Origin: a virus
Strand: one strand, 5' to 3'
DNA: 64,000 nucleotides
IMG/VR virus record: IMGVR_UViG_3300043436_002883
Location: 32,001-96,000 of that record
Position 1 is the stretch's first letter. Every line of letters begins with the position of its first letter. The translations under genes and the position numbers were made by a program. Under the pieces are notes generated by a model. That model searched no databases and was not told where the DNA came from. It was given only the letters and a program-made list of their open reading frames with translations. Below, in pieces: positions 34,102 through 44,288 of this stretch.

Positions 34102-34696
34102 AGAAATACTTACTCCAGATATACATTACTATACAGAAGTATTTGACAACCCTGAAGAGTTAATAAAAGAAATTGAATTAATGGATCAATTTCAAGATAT
34201 GGGCTCTCAGATAAGTAAATGGGAGCCATGGAATTCTTCATGCAAAACTGTTCAGTATGGTTATGAAAAAACAATCAATTATAAAAATGTTTTAAATAAT
34301 AATAATAGAGACAGGCATAACTCTAAGTTTGCCAGTATGATTCATTATAGGGCAATACAAATAGCAGAAGAGTACGCTTCGGCACATCAAATAGATTTAG
34401 GGGATCTCCCAACACATTGCAAGATATATAAATATAACAATTCTACAGAAATGGGCCCACATACTGACTGGGATCCAGACTATAGCCCACAGCACTTGAC
34501 AGGCACAGTTTCAATTGTTTTTTACTTAAACGATAATTATCAGGGTGGAGACCTGGCTTTTCCTAATGACAACCTTTCTGTTAAGCCAAAGCCTGGAAGC
34601 GCAGTCGTATTCAAGTCCCATGGAATTTTGCATGAGCCTTTGCCAACAACAGAGGGTACAAAGTATATGGTTGCAATCTTTTTCTTTAGAAAATAA
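34091..34696 (+). CDS. 2OG-Fe(II) oxygenase
   Basis: HTD...YLNDNYQGG...HEP....G.KY. Confidence 0.9.
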   Translation: MMLKEILTPDIHYYTEVFDNPEELIKEIELMDQFQDMGSQISKWEPWNSSCKTVQYGYEKTINYKNVLNNNNRDRHNSKFASMIHYRAIQIAEEYASAHQIDLGDLPTHCKIYKYNNSTEMGPHTDWDPDYSPQHLTGTVSIVFYLNDNYQGGDLAFPNDNLSVKPKPGSAVVFKSHGILHEPLPTTEGTKYMVAIFFFRK

Positions 34697-34727
34697 TATA
34701 TAAAGGAAATAGGTATATAATAATAAG

Positions 34728-36500
34728 ATGAGCTACCAACTTAAAGTAATAAACGATTACCCTATTGGCTTTTGGCCGCTAGACGAGCTGTCTGGCACTA
34801 CCGCAACCGACGTTTCTGGATGTGGTAATTCTGGAACCTACACGGGGGCAATTTCTACGGGGCTTATTCCACTTGTTGCTGGCGGGGCAAATGGATCATT
34901 AATAACAAACACAAAGTACATTACTTTACCAGTAACCAAAGATTACTATGGATCTACCGCCGATGGTGGATTTGCAGATAATAACTCATCAGATAACGCA
35001 TTTTCATTAGAAGTTTGGATTTACCCTAAAATTACTACAACTGGGTTAACAACTATATTTGCAGACTCAACAAATAATATCGGTATTTTTTACGAAAAGG
35101 GTAACATAGTATTTAAACTTGAAGCGGAAAGACTTGATTATACTTTACCCAATATTAGCCAATCTCATCATATTGTAGCCACGTATTCTATTACAGAAAT
35201 GTCTTTATATGTAGACGGCAAATTTGCAGCAAGCAAATCTTTAAATAATTACAAGTTTACTAGCCCAACAATTACATTAAAACTAGGTCCAACAGGAAAT
35301 GCGTCCGATTCATTCATTGTAGATGCTCCAGCAGTTTACAGGTATGCTCTTGGCTCAGATAGAATTTTAGAACATTATAATTATTCTGGCACTACTTCAC
35401 CATTTCAAGTTTCTTACCCAGATAGCGGTACGTTGTTTGAAATATACGACGATAGCGTTAGCAAACAATTTAACTTTGCCTATCCAGCTAATAAGCCGCT
35501 AGAAATTTTTGCATCAGAAGATTTAACATATAACATCCAAGAGAAATGCCTTGAAATAAACAAAACGGACTCTGCAGCCTCTAAGAGCGTAGTTGTTGTA
35601 GATGCCATAGCAATTCCTGCAGGATTCGACTTAGACTCCTCTAAGATAGAGTGGAGCGGCGATAATGGGGTGTCTGTAAGAACTTCTACAGATGGAACAA
35701 CATGGCAAGCCTGTTCTAATGGAAGAGCAATTCCTCAATTTAAATTAGGATCATTTAGTTCTGAAAGAACCCTTTATCTTGAGATAACATTTGCATCATC
35801 AGATACATCTAAATTTATTCCAAGACTATACAACCTACTACTTTGTTTCTATAAAGATCAGATCCTATATTCAATAAGCAACCCCGATTATATTTATACA
35901 ATAGAGGGCACAGCTGGATTTGCCTCAAAAGATATTACGCTAGGACGAGTTAAATATCCTATCTTGTCCCGCCAAAAGCTAAATGGTGTGACAACAGCAG
36001 ATGGGGCGGGATTTAAAATTAACACCGCAGAATCAATAAAGACAATAGAGTTATTTTTAACTCTATCAGACCTTACATCAAACTCTATTATATCAAGCAC
36101 GGCAAATGGAGACTTTGTAGCAGCAGGATATTCTTGGGCTACTAATGGAACTATTACTAAATCTAATATATCTGCTATTTATGTTAATGGGGTAGATAGA
36201 ACATCTCAGACAAATATAAGCTCTGTATTTACCCCAAACGAGCTTTATCATATTATAATTGTAACAAGTGGACCAATTACAGGCCAAATATTATTTAATC
36301 ATTCAGCAACAGGTGGCCCTTCTAGCCTATATCAATATATCTCTTACTATCCATCTACATTTACAGCCCCTACCGCACTGTCTCATTACAACATGCATAT
36401 TGGAAGATCTGCTACTGTAGCAGATGATTCGTCCATTACGTTGACAGAAAACTCAGTAGAGTTCTACGACAATGACTGGATTGTACTCCAAAACAAATAA
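34728..36500 (+). CDS. LamG/concanavalin-like domain virion protein
   Basis: P.GFWPLDE, FSLEVW, HHIVATY...LYVDG motifs. Confidence 0.8.
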   Translation: MSYQLKVINDYPIGFWPLDELSGTTATDVSGCGNSGTYTGAISTGLIPLVAGGANGSLITNTKYITLPVTKDYYGSTADGGFADNNSSDNAFSLEVWIYPKITTTGLTTIFADSTNNIGIFYEKGNIVFKLEAERLDYTLPNISQSHHIVATYSITEMSLYVDGKFAASKSLNNYKFTSPTITLKLGPTGNASDSFIVDAPAVYRYALGSDRILEHYNYSGTTSPFQVSYPDSGTLFEIYDDSVSKQFNFAYPANKPLEIFASEDLTYNIQEKCLEINKTDSAASKSVVVVDAIAIPAGFDLDSSKIEWSGDNGVSVRTSTDGTTWQACSNGRAIPQFKLGSFSSERTLYLEITFASSDTSKFIPRLYNLLLCFYKDQILYSISNPDYIYTIEGTAGFASKDITLGRVKYPILSRQKLNGVTTADGAGFKINTAESIKTIELFLTLSDLTSNSIISSTANGDFVAAGYSWATNGTITKSNISAIYVNGVDRTSQTNISSVFTPNELYHIIIVTSGPITGQILFNHSATGGPSSLYQYISYYPSTFTAPTALSHYNMHIGRSATVADDSSITLTENSVEFYDNDWIVLQNK

Positions 36501-36561
36501 TTTGTCCTACTGGTTGACAAAAGCTGGACTTAAGCGGGAAGTAATGGTAAAATAAATTACT

Positions 36562-36903
36562 ATGGATATCAACCGAATAAATTCTAAAATCCTTGAAGAG
36601 GAAACAACTCTTGGGATATATGTTTGGCAAATGCCAGATGGTAGATGGATTGGAGACGATGATGGCAATTTTCTTTCAGTCACGTCCAAAAAAGGAAATA
36701 GATCCAAGATCGATGCTTTGGCTAGAGAAGTTCGCTCATTCGGCATATATGAAGGCGGGCCTAAATTTCTTTCTGGAAGAAGAAAGATTGACGATGAAGA
36801 ATTCCAACACCAAAAGCAAAGACTAGACTGGGGACTAGTTCCAGACCCACTAGATATTGGAAACTATAAAGACGAAATGAAAAAATTACGGGGTATAAAA
36901 TGA
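36562..36903 (+). CDS. conserved hypothetical protein upstream of portal
   Basis: G.YVW.MPDG.W.GDDDG...GL.PDP; TGGACT-N17-TAAAAT promoter. Confidence 0.8.
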   Translation: MDINRINSKILEEETTLGIYVWQMPDGRWIGDDDGNFLSVTSKKGNRSKIDALAREVRSFGIYEGGPKFLSGRRKIDDEEFQHQKQRLDWGLVPDPLDIGNYKDEMKKLRGIK

Positions 36904-38483
36904 GCGTAGAATTTCTTGATGAGGACAACTCAGAAAACATAATTAATATTTCAAACAATGCCGATTGGTTTTCTTTAAAGAAAGATGAAATTAGCAATGA
37001 CCCATTTGCGGTAGGACTAGAAGATCTTAAAAAAGTAAGAGGTCTTGGAACATCTTTTAAGCGCAAGATGAGCAGAGAATTTTCTAAATCATTTACTGGT
37101 AGAGAAGAGACTGGCACACAGCAAAATTTATTAGCACAAGCAATTACTGGCTATGCTATGTTCGACCTAGTAGAACCTCCATACAACCTAGAATACCTTT
37201 CAAAGGTATATGAGATTTCAACATATAACTACGCTGCAATTAATGCTAAAGTTGCAAACATTGTTGGCTTAGGATATGATTTTATAGAGACAAAGAAAAC
37301 AAATGACGCCATTGATTCACTTACAGACGACAAGTCACTTGAAAGAGCACGTAGAAAGCTAAGTAAGCTAAGGCAAGATCTGCACACATGGCTTGATACA
37401 ACAAATGATGAAGATACATTTACACAAACACTGATTAAGGTTTTTACAGATTACGAAGCAACAGGCAATGGCTATATTGAAATTGGTAGAACGACAAATG
37501 GAAACATTGGATATATTGGCCACATCCCAGCAAAGACAATGCGTGTGCGTAGACTTAGAGATGGATTTATTCAACTGCTATACGGAAAGGCTGTTTACTT
37601 TAAAAACTTTGGAGACACAGAAACAGAGAATCCAATTGCTGGTCAAGAAGACCGACCAAATGAAATTATACATTTGAAGAAGTACACTCCGATGAATAAT
37701 TATTATGGAGTGGCAGATATTATTGCAGCTCAAGTCTCTTTGGCAGGTAATGAATTATCTGGCAGATACAACCTAGATTACTTTGAAAACAAGGCTGTTC
37801 CAAGATATATTATTACAGTTAAGGGAGCAAAGCTTTCAGCAGAATCAGAAAGAAAATTGCTTGAGTTTTTCCAGGTGGGACTAAAAGGAAAGAATCATAG
37901 ATCCCTATATATTCCACTTCCAGGAGATACCCCAGACTCAAAGACAGAATTTAAGATGGAGCCAGTGGAAGCAAATCCACAGGAATCTTCATTTAATGTT
38001 TACCGCAAATCAAATAGAGATGAAATCCTATTGGCCCACCGTGTCCCAATTAATAAAATTGGAACTCCAGAAGGAGTAAATTTAGCGGTAGCTCGTGATG
38101 CAGATAAAACATTTAAAGAGCAGGTTTGTCGCCCAGCACAAATGATTTTAGAGAAAAAATTAAATAAAATATTTGAGGAAAAGACAGACGCATTAACTCT
38201 TAAATTTAATGAATTAACCCTTACCGATGAAGATACTCAATCTAAAATCGATGAAAGATATTTAAGAATGCAGGTAATTACCCCTAATGAAGTTAGAATT
38301 AGAAAGGGAATGATTCCACTAGAAGGCGGAGACGACGTAGTAGATTTAAAGGCTCAGGACGCCGCAGAGCAAACAGCCCAGGCTGGAAATACCCGACAAA
38401 GATCCCAAAACCGACAGGCAACTTCCCCAGATAATTCTGGAGAAGGAAGAAATGCTAAGGGCGATGGAAGACAGGTTGACTAA
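36900..38483 (+). CDS. portal protein (HK97/PBSX-like)
   Basis: TGNGYIE, HIPA.TMR, NEIIH.K, YYG, F.N.A.P, ITPNEVR...G..P motifs. Confidence 0.92.
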   Translation: MSVEFLDEDNSENIINISNNADWFSLKKDEISNDPFAVGLEDLKKVRGLGTSFKRKMSREFSKSFTGREETGTQQNLLAQAITGYAMFDLVEPPYNLEYLSKVYEISTYNYAAINAKVANIVGLGYDFIETKKTNDAIDSLTDDKSLERARRKLSKLRQDLHTWLDTTNDEDTFTQTLIKVFTDYEATGNGYIEIGRTTNGNIGYIGHIPAKTMRVRRLRDGFIQLLYGKAVYFKNFGDTETENPIAGQEDRPNEIIHLKKYTPMNNYYGVADIIAAQVSLAGNELSGRYNLDYFENKAVPRYIITVKGAKLSAESERKLLEFFQVGLKGKNHRSLYIPLPGDTPDSKTEFKMEPVEANPQESSFNVYRKSNRDEILLAHRVPINKIGTPEGVNLAVARDADKTFKEQVCRPAQMILEKKLNKIFEEKTDALTLKFNELTLTDEDTQSKIDERYLRMQVITPNEVRIRKGMIPLEGGDDVVDLKAQDAAEQTAQAGNTRQRSQNRQATSPDNSGEGRNAKGDGRQVD

Positions 38484-38536
38484 CTCTACTCAACTGTTAT
38501 TTGCCTTTTTATGTATAAGTCGCTAAAATTAAGCAT

Positions 38537-39889
38537 ATGAATATTGAAAAGTCTTTGTGGTCAAGTCATGGCGACAACATCAGTTTATCGGTTCCCTTCA
38601 CCAAGGTCAACCGTGAAAAAAGAACTGTATCTGGATTTGCCACACTAGACAATGTTGATCAAACAGGTGACGTTGTAACAGCAGAGTCAAGCCTGAAAGC
38701 ATTTGAAAGTTTCCGTGGAAACATTCGTGAGATGCACGGATCCAACGCAGTAGGTAAAATGGTTTCATTTAAGCCAGAAACTTTTTACGATGCGACATCA
38801 AAAGAATTTTATAACGGAGTCTATGTAGATGCATATATTTCAAAGGGTGCACAAGACACCTGGGAAAAAGTTCTAGATGGTACGCTTTCTGGTTTTTCGA
38901 TAGGTGGAAAGATTCTTGAATCAGACAACGAAGTTAATAAGTCAAACGGTAAGACTGTAAGATTTATTAAAAACTATGAACTAATTGAGCTTTCTATTGT
39001 TGATTCTCCAGCAAATGAACTATGCAACATTCTTTCTATACAGAAGGCAAACGGTGCATTGATATTTAAGGGAATAGCAACTGAAGTTACAACTGAAAAT
39101 ATTTTTTATTGCGAAGACAGCAATTCTGTTTTTATCTCAACAGAAAAAACATATGACTCTCCAATATCTGGAAAGCCAGCCACACTAATAGGCTGGGTTG
39201 AAAGTTCAGATGTTAATAAGTCAAAAGAGATAGATAAAATTCTTGATGCATATAAGCATTCAAGATTTACGTTGCCTGAAACACAAACAATTGCAAAACA
39301 GGCAAACGCAGAAGGAGGTAATGAAATGTCAGATAATACAGAAAACGTAGTTGTCGAAGATGTTGCAGTTGAGGCACCAGCCGAAGCAGTAGCAGAAGAA
39401 GCAGCCGTTGAAGATACAGCAGTAGTTGCAGATGATGCAGCTCCAGCTGAAGCTCCTGCAGAAGAAGCAGCAGCAGAAGACGTTCCTGCCGAGACTCTGG
39501 AAAAAGCAGCCGAAGTATCAGAAGATAAGGTTGATGAACCTGATTTTGCGAAGATGTTAGGCGATCTAAAAGGCTTTTTCTCAGAAACTCTAAATAAGGC
39601 ATCTGAAGTAAATGCAGCACAAGTAACAACAATACAAGAGACTGTTGAAGCTTTCAGCAAGAGCGTAGATATCAAAATTTCAGAGTTGGCAGAACAACAC
39701 ACAGCGCTTTCAAACGCTGTAAATAACATCAAGAGCACGATTGATGGTGTACAAAAGCGTGTCGATGCAGTAGAATCAGAGACTGCAATTAAGAAGTCTT
39801 CAGATCTTGGCCGATCCGAAGAAGTAACAATCAGAAAATCTAAATGGAACGGTTCTTTCCTCGGTTCCGTAAACGAAATATTTAACTAA
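38537..39889 (+). CDS. prohead protease fused to scaffold domain
   Basis: D..GDVV, REMH, GFSIGG, ELSIVD.PAN; acidic/coiled-coil C-terminal half. Confidence 0.9.
   Translation: MNIEKSLWSSHGDNISLSVPFTKVNREKRTVSGFATLDNVDQTGDVVTAESSLKAFESFRGNIREMHGSNAVGKMVSFKPETFYDATSKEFYNGVYVDAYISKGAQDTWEKVLDGTLSGFSIGGKILESDNEVNKSNGKTVRFIKNYELIELSIVDSPANELCNILSIQKANGALIFKGIATEVTTENIFYCEDSNSVFISTEKTYDSPISGKPATLIGWVESSDVNKSKEIDKILDAYKHSRFTLPETQTIAKQANAEGGNEMSDNTENVVVEDVAVEAPAEAVAEEAAVEDTAVVADDAAPAEAPAEEAAAEDVPAETLEKAAEVSEDKVDEPDFAKMLGDLKGFFSETLNKASEVNAAQVTTIQETVEAFSKSVDIKISELAEQHTALSNAVNNIKSTIDGVQKRVDAVESETAIKKSSDLGRSEEVTIRKSKWNGSFLGSVNEIFN
39326..39889 (+). CDS. nested in-frame scaffolding protein
   Basis: GGAGGT RBS 6 nt before in-frame ATG 39326. 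Confidence 0.6.
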   Translation: MSDNTENVVVEDVAVEAPAEAVAEEAAVEDTAVVADDAAPAEAPAEEAAAEDVPAETLEKAAEVSEDKVDEPDFAKMLGDLKGFFSETLNKASEVNAAQVTTIQETVEAFSKSVDIKISELAEQHTALSNAVNNIKSTIDGVQKRVDAVESETAIKKSSDLGRSEEVTIRKSKWNGSFLGSVNEIFN

Positions 39890-39904
39890 GGTAGGTATAA
39901 AATA

Positions 39905-40954
39905 ATGAGCAATGAAACATTAGAAAAGGCCGTAAACGCTGGTACTCAGGTATCAACAGGATTCGGTTCAACAACTGGTGGAACAGGAGTACACGTAGCG
40001 TCAGAAAATGGCAACGGTGGACTTCTAAACCCAGAACAATCTGCTCGCTTCCTTGACTATATGTTCGACGCAACCGTAATCGGTAAGGTCGCACGTACAG
40101 TTCGTATGAAGTCAGACACAGCAGAAATTGATCGCATGTCAGTAGGCGAAAAGCTTATGAAGCTTGCGACAGAGGCAGACAATACTGCAGTTAACTCAGC
40201 AGTAACTTTCTCAAAGATTTCTTTGACAACAAAGAAGCTACGCATGGATTGGGAGCTTTCAACAGAGTCTCTAGAAGATAACATCGAAGGTGCAGATCTA
40301 GAAGATCACATTGCACGTTTGATGGCAACACAGGCAGGAAATGACATCGAAGATGTTATTCTTAACGGTGATGCATCTAATACAGGAGACGCTCTTTACA
40401 AGTCATTTGATGGCGTTGTAAAGAAGGCAAAGGCATCAGGTCGTGTCGTAGACGCAGCTGGCGCTAACGTATCACGTGAAGTATTCAACAAGGCACTTAA
40501 GGCTATGCCACGTAAGTACAAGCAACGTCGTGGAGACCTTCGCTTCCTTGCTGGATCAAACTTGATTCAGGATTTCCTATATGCTAACAGCATTGGAACA
40601 AATCAGACAATCCCACAGGATATCGCTTCAAGCGTAATTCGTGGAGGAGTTGCACCACTAGGTGGACCTGCAGGATATGTGGCACCATTCGCATTTGGTA
40701 TTCCAATTGTTGAAGTTCCACTACTTCCAGAGACACAGACTGGAACACATTCAGGAGCCGCTGGTTCACATGGAGATATCCACTTGACATTCCCAAATAA
40801 CGTAGTTATTGGAATCAAGCGTGACGTAACCGTTTACCGCTTCTTCGTACCACGTAAGGACACAATCGAGTACACAATGTATACTCGTGTAGGTGTTCAG
40901 ATTGAACAAGCAGATGCTTGGGTAGTCGTAAAGAACGTTAAGGTTGCTTCTTAA
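39905..40954 (+). CDS. major capsid protein (HK97 fold)
   Basis: Position after protease; GG.L.PEQ..RF, LEDNIEG, D.E...LNGD. Confidence 0.92.
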   Translation: MSNETLEKAVNAGTQVSTGFGSTTGGTGVHVASENGNGGLLNPEQSARFLDYMFDATVIGKVARTVRMKSDTAEIDRMSVGEKLMKLATEADNTAVNSAVTFSKISLTTKKLRMDWELSTESLEDNIEGADLEDHIARLMATQAGNDIEDVILNGDASNTGDALYKSFDGVVKKAKASGRVVDAAGANVSREVFNKALKAMPRKYKQRRGDLRFLAGSNLIQDFLYANSIGTNQTIPQDIASSVIRGGVAPLGGPAGYVAPFAFGIPIVEVPLLPETQTGTHSGAAGSHGDIHLTFPNNVVIGIKRDVTVYRFFVPRKDTIEYTMYTRVGVQIEQADAWVVVKNVKVAS

Positions 40955-40975
40955 TTAATTAAGAAATAGACCCCG

Positions 40976-41006
40976 AAAGGCCCCCAATTAATTTTGGGGG
41001 CTTTTC
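40976..41006 (+). terminator. intrinsic terminator after capsid gene
   Basis: GCCCCCAA-TTAATT-TTGGGGGC-TTTT. Confidence 0.85.
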
Positions 41007-41055
41007 ATTTTAATTTAACAATGCTATAATTAAGGAACCTAACAAAGGAGAATAT

Positions 41056-41463
41056 ATGTCATTTGAGACATTGAAAGTAGCAGAACTCAGAAAAATTGCA
41101 GAAGATTTTGCAGTTGATACTGATGGACTAAAGAACAAGGCCGATATTGTTGCCGCTCTTGCCGAAGAGGGAGTAACATGGTCTGTTTACCAAAAGACTA
41201 TCCAGGATATTGAAAAAGCGGCAGACGAATTTAGTGATGAAGCAGAAGAAATTCTTCCAAGATTTAATCCTGATTCTCAGCCAGAAAATACAATGCTAGT
41301 TAGAATGACTAGAGATAATTACAGGTATGATATTCTAGGTTTTACTTTTACAAAAGAGCATCCTTTTGTCGCAATGACATCAGAAGACGCTCAAGAAATT
41401 TTTGACAAGGAGGAAGGTTTTCGTTTAGCAACTCCAAAGGAAGTTCAGGAGTATTACGGCTAA
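41056..41463 (+). CDS. Rho-N/SAP-like domain protein
   Basis: LKVAELRKIA...L.NKADIV helix-extension-helix pattern. Confidence 0.7.
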   Translation: MSFETLKVAELRKIAEDFAVDTDGLKNKADIVAALAEEGVTWSVYQKTIQDIEKAADEFSDEAEEILPRFNPDSQPENTMLVRMTRDNYRYDILGFTFTKEHPFVAMTSEDAQEIFDKEEGFRLATPKEVQEYYG

Positions 41464-41477
41464 ACAAACCTAAATAA

Positions 41478-42458
41478 ATGGCCGAGGTTTTAATAAAGAG
41501 TCAATCACCAATAACACATAAAGTTTTCTGGAATGGTGATGTTGCAAATGCAGACTCTCTTCCAACGGTAGCGTTGTATGACGTCACCTTAGATGTAGCT
41601 GTAAGTCCAACAATTAGTCCTACACAGCTGCTTGCCACGCTCACAGCATCCCTGGATGAAAACAACCCTGGTACATATACCGTCAATATTCCATATCAAT
41701 TTACAGACAGAAGCAAAACTTTAAGATTAAGTTGGAATTACTCTGTAAATGGAACTACAGTAAAGCATGATGATGAAGTTTTTGTTATTACTCCGTACGT
41801 AGATTTTAATCACGTATCAGATTTAAATTTTAGCACAGACTCCTCTGACCCAAACTATAAGTCCTATAGAGATCTTATTTTGGCAGAAAAATATGCTCGA
41901 AAGATTATAGAGCAGCACACAGGACAGAGATTTTATTTAGAAGACGAAACTGTTGTTGTATACGGAGATAATTCAGATACCCTGCCATTGCCTTCAAGAA
42001 TTCATGAATTGCATTATTTACACGCAAACGACATATTACTATTAGACAATATCAATGAAATAAATAATTGGAATTATGATGTTGTTATCAGTGAGAGTGC
42101 ATACGGTATCAGAATCAATCGTGCTTCAATGATAGACAACACAGTTTATGTGGCAAATGGAATGATACCTCCAAGCATAAATGATTACAGCTATGGAGTT
42201 TTTCAGTCTGGAGTTCCATATAGAGTTCATGGAAGATTCGGTTGGGAAAAGGTTCCAGACAATGTCGAGCTAGCTGCAATAGAATTAATGAAAGACTATT
42301 TCTCTAAAGACAAAGTATGGAGAAATAAATATATACAGAGTATTCAGACTTTTGACTGGAACTTTAAATATGCAGATCAATCATTTAGTGGAACTGGAAA
42401 CAACTACGCAGACCAATTGCTTTCAGACTACGTTCTATCAAGATCGGTAGTAATCTAA
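41478..42458 (+). CDS. head-to-tail adaptor
   Basis: A...IE..TGQ.F and G.FGW..VP..V..AA motifs; position. Confidence 0.75.
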   Translation: MAEVLIKSQSPITHKVFWNGDVANADSLPTVALYDVTLDVAVSPTISPTQLLATLTASLDENNPGTYTVNIPYQFTDRSKTLRLSWNYSVNGTTVKHDDEVFVITPYVDFNHVSDLNFSTDSSDPNYKSYRDLILAEKYARKIIEQHTGQRFYLEDETVVVYGDNSDTLPLPSRIHELHYLHANDILLLDNINEINNWNYDVVISESAYGIRINRASMIDNTVYVANGMIPPSINDYSYGVFQSGVPYRVHGRFGWEKVPDNVELAAIELMKDYFSKDKVWRNKYIQSIQTFDWNFKYADQSFSGTGNNYADQLLSDYVLSRSVVI

Positions 42459-42887
42459 ATGAATAACCTCATAGACTCCGTTCTGTCTATGACGTTAGAC
42501 GTTTACAGACAGTTTGATACACAAAACGAAGACACAGGGGCTATTTTAAAAGAATGGCATTACTATAAAAGCGTATCTTGCCATGCCAAGGGTGTAATAG
42601 GTAACTCATCTACATCGGGTTCAGGAGACAAACAGGTATTTGGTAATAGATACACTAATGATCAAACTATTCAAGTAAGAACTGCTGAAAGATTAACTGC
42701 CAGAGAAAAGGTAACTAATATAAGAGATATTGACGGCAATGTAATTTGGGTAGAAATAAATTTTCCAACAGACACTCCAACAGTATTTGAAGTTATGGGC
42801 ACTACTCCAATTACAGACCCATTTGGAAGAGTGGTTGCATATAACTCATCAATGAAAAGATCGGAGAACCAGGTAATTGGACAATAG
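42459..42887 (+). CDS. head-tail stopper/closure protein
   Basis: Size and synteny. Confidence 0.6.
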   Translation: MNNLIDSVLSMTLDVYRQFDTQNEDTGAILKEWHYYKSVSCHAKGVIGNSSTSGSGDKQVFGNRYTNDQTIQVRTAERLTAREKVTNIRDIDGNVIWVEINFPTDTPTVFEVMGTTPITDPFGRVVAYNSSMKRSENQVIGQ

Positions 42888-43659
42888 CTCTCTACTAGTT
42901 ACAGCAGCCAGCGGATTGCAAAAAGGCATGTCTGGTACTAAAGGCAAAATTTTAAAAGACAGCACAGTGGCACAAATATCTGCTGCAGTTTATTATCAAG
43001 CTCAAGTTGTGTCCAAGTTAGCAACAAACAAGGCATTTGAAAAGAAATTTCAGTCAGTTATATTTAATCAAATAGAACAAGACTTTGGATTGTATGTAGA
43101 CTCTCAGGCAAGAGTAAATCCTAAATCTTTACACCATATGTACGAATGGAACAAGACGGGCAGCAAAAGCGCAAGATTGTTTAACCTTACAATGATGCCC
43201 GCAAGCGGTCTTTCATTTAAAATAGTATCTAATTTTTTGCCATCTAAATCATCCGTTCCAAATAATTTTGGAAAAAGAAAGCATGTGTTTATAAACAAAG
43301 CTTCTGTGATAGAAGCTGGAATGCCTCTAACAATCCGTCCAAGGTACGCAGAGCGCCTAGTATTTGAAACTAACACTGGAGTGGTATACATGCCCAAAGG
43401 GGCCTCTGTGACCGTTACAAGGCCTGGCGGAGGCAAAGCAACTGGAAGATTCCAGATAGCTTATGCACAATTTTTTACAGGCAATTTAGTAAACTTATCA
43501 ATAAAAAAGTCGGGATTTCAAAAGATATTTAATTCATCATTAACTAAAGCAATGAGAGTCCCGTCTGATGTTAGAAAAGTTAAATATTCATTTAATGCTA
43601 ACACATTAAATATGCAGGCAGAATCAGCAATTGCTTCAGCATTCGGAGGTGCAGCATGA
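42877..43659 (+). CDS. neck/tail completion protein
   Basis: Basic protein in neck module; TTG start. Confidence 0.55.
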   Translation: MDNSSLLVTAASGLQKGMSGTKGKILKDSTVAQISAAVYYQAQVVSKLATNKAFEKKFQSVIFNQIEQDFGLYVDSQARVNPKSLHHMYEWNKTGSKSARLFNLTMMPASGLSFKIVSNFLPSKSSVPNNFGKRKHVFINKASVIEAGMPLTIRPRYAERLVFETNTGVVYMPKGASVTVTRPGGGKATGRFQIAYAQFFTGNLVNLSIKKSGFQKIFNSSLTKAMRVPSDVRKVKYSFNANTLNMQAESAIASAFGGAA

Positions 43660-44165
43660 CAGATTATAAAGCAGATGTAATGATTGATTTAAGAAAATAC
43701 CTTTGGTCGGAATTAAAGGCTAATGATATTTTTGTGGATACAGATTATTACTCAGATAATATAGGGCAAGAGATTGTCCCAATTATTCCTGTCCAGCAGT
43801 CTCCAGAAATGAACCAATTTTTAAGCGGTAAAAAACATATCGTCTATGACAAGATAGGCCTATCCTATGAGGAAAACTGGGCAATATGTTGTGAGCAAAT
43901 TTTATTTACCATTTATTCAACAGATGTCTCAGAGATCAATGAAATCAGAAATCTTATGACAGACCTATTTAGAAGAATGGATGAATCGGCTAGGGATACC
44001 AACGCCTACTCTGGGATATCAAAAAAGTTTAAATTCTTTAGCATATTTGTTGCCGACATCTCTCCAACAGCCCCATCTGAAGAGCTGGCAGGATTTTTGT
44101 CTGCGGACGTAATCCTTGAGGTTAAATATGCAAGACATATAGACTCATCGGGCAGATTCCTATAG
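43656..44165 (+). CDS. tail terminator protein
   Basis: Synteny directly before tail tube gene. Confidence 0.6.
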   Translation: MTDYKADVMIDLRKYLWSELKANDIFVDTDYYSDNIGQEIVPIIPVQQSPEMNQFLSGKKHIVYDKIGLSYEENWAICCEQILFTIYSTDVSEINEIRNLMTDLFRRMDESARDTNAYSGISKKFKFFSIFVADISPTAPSEELAGFLSADVILEVKYARHIDSSGRFL

Positions 44166-44288
44166 TTTGCCTTTTGGCGTATTATACTCTATTATTGGAT
44201 ATAGAGGGAAGGGCCTAGCCAGCCAAGATTTAAGGTTTTACATTTTTAAAAAAAATATATATATTTTGAAAACAGGAGGTACGAAACA

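Noticed and set aside
36562-36903. Terminase small subunit call
   Set aside because: No supporting motif, and no terminase large subunit in the window; left as hypothetical.
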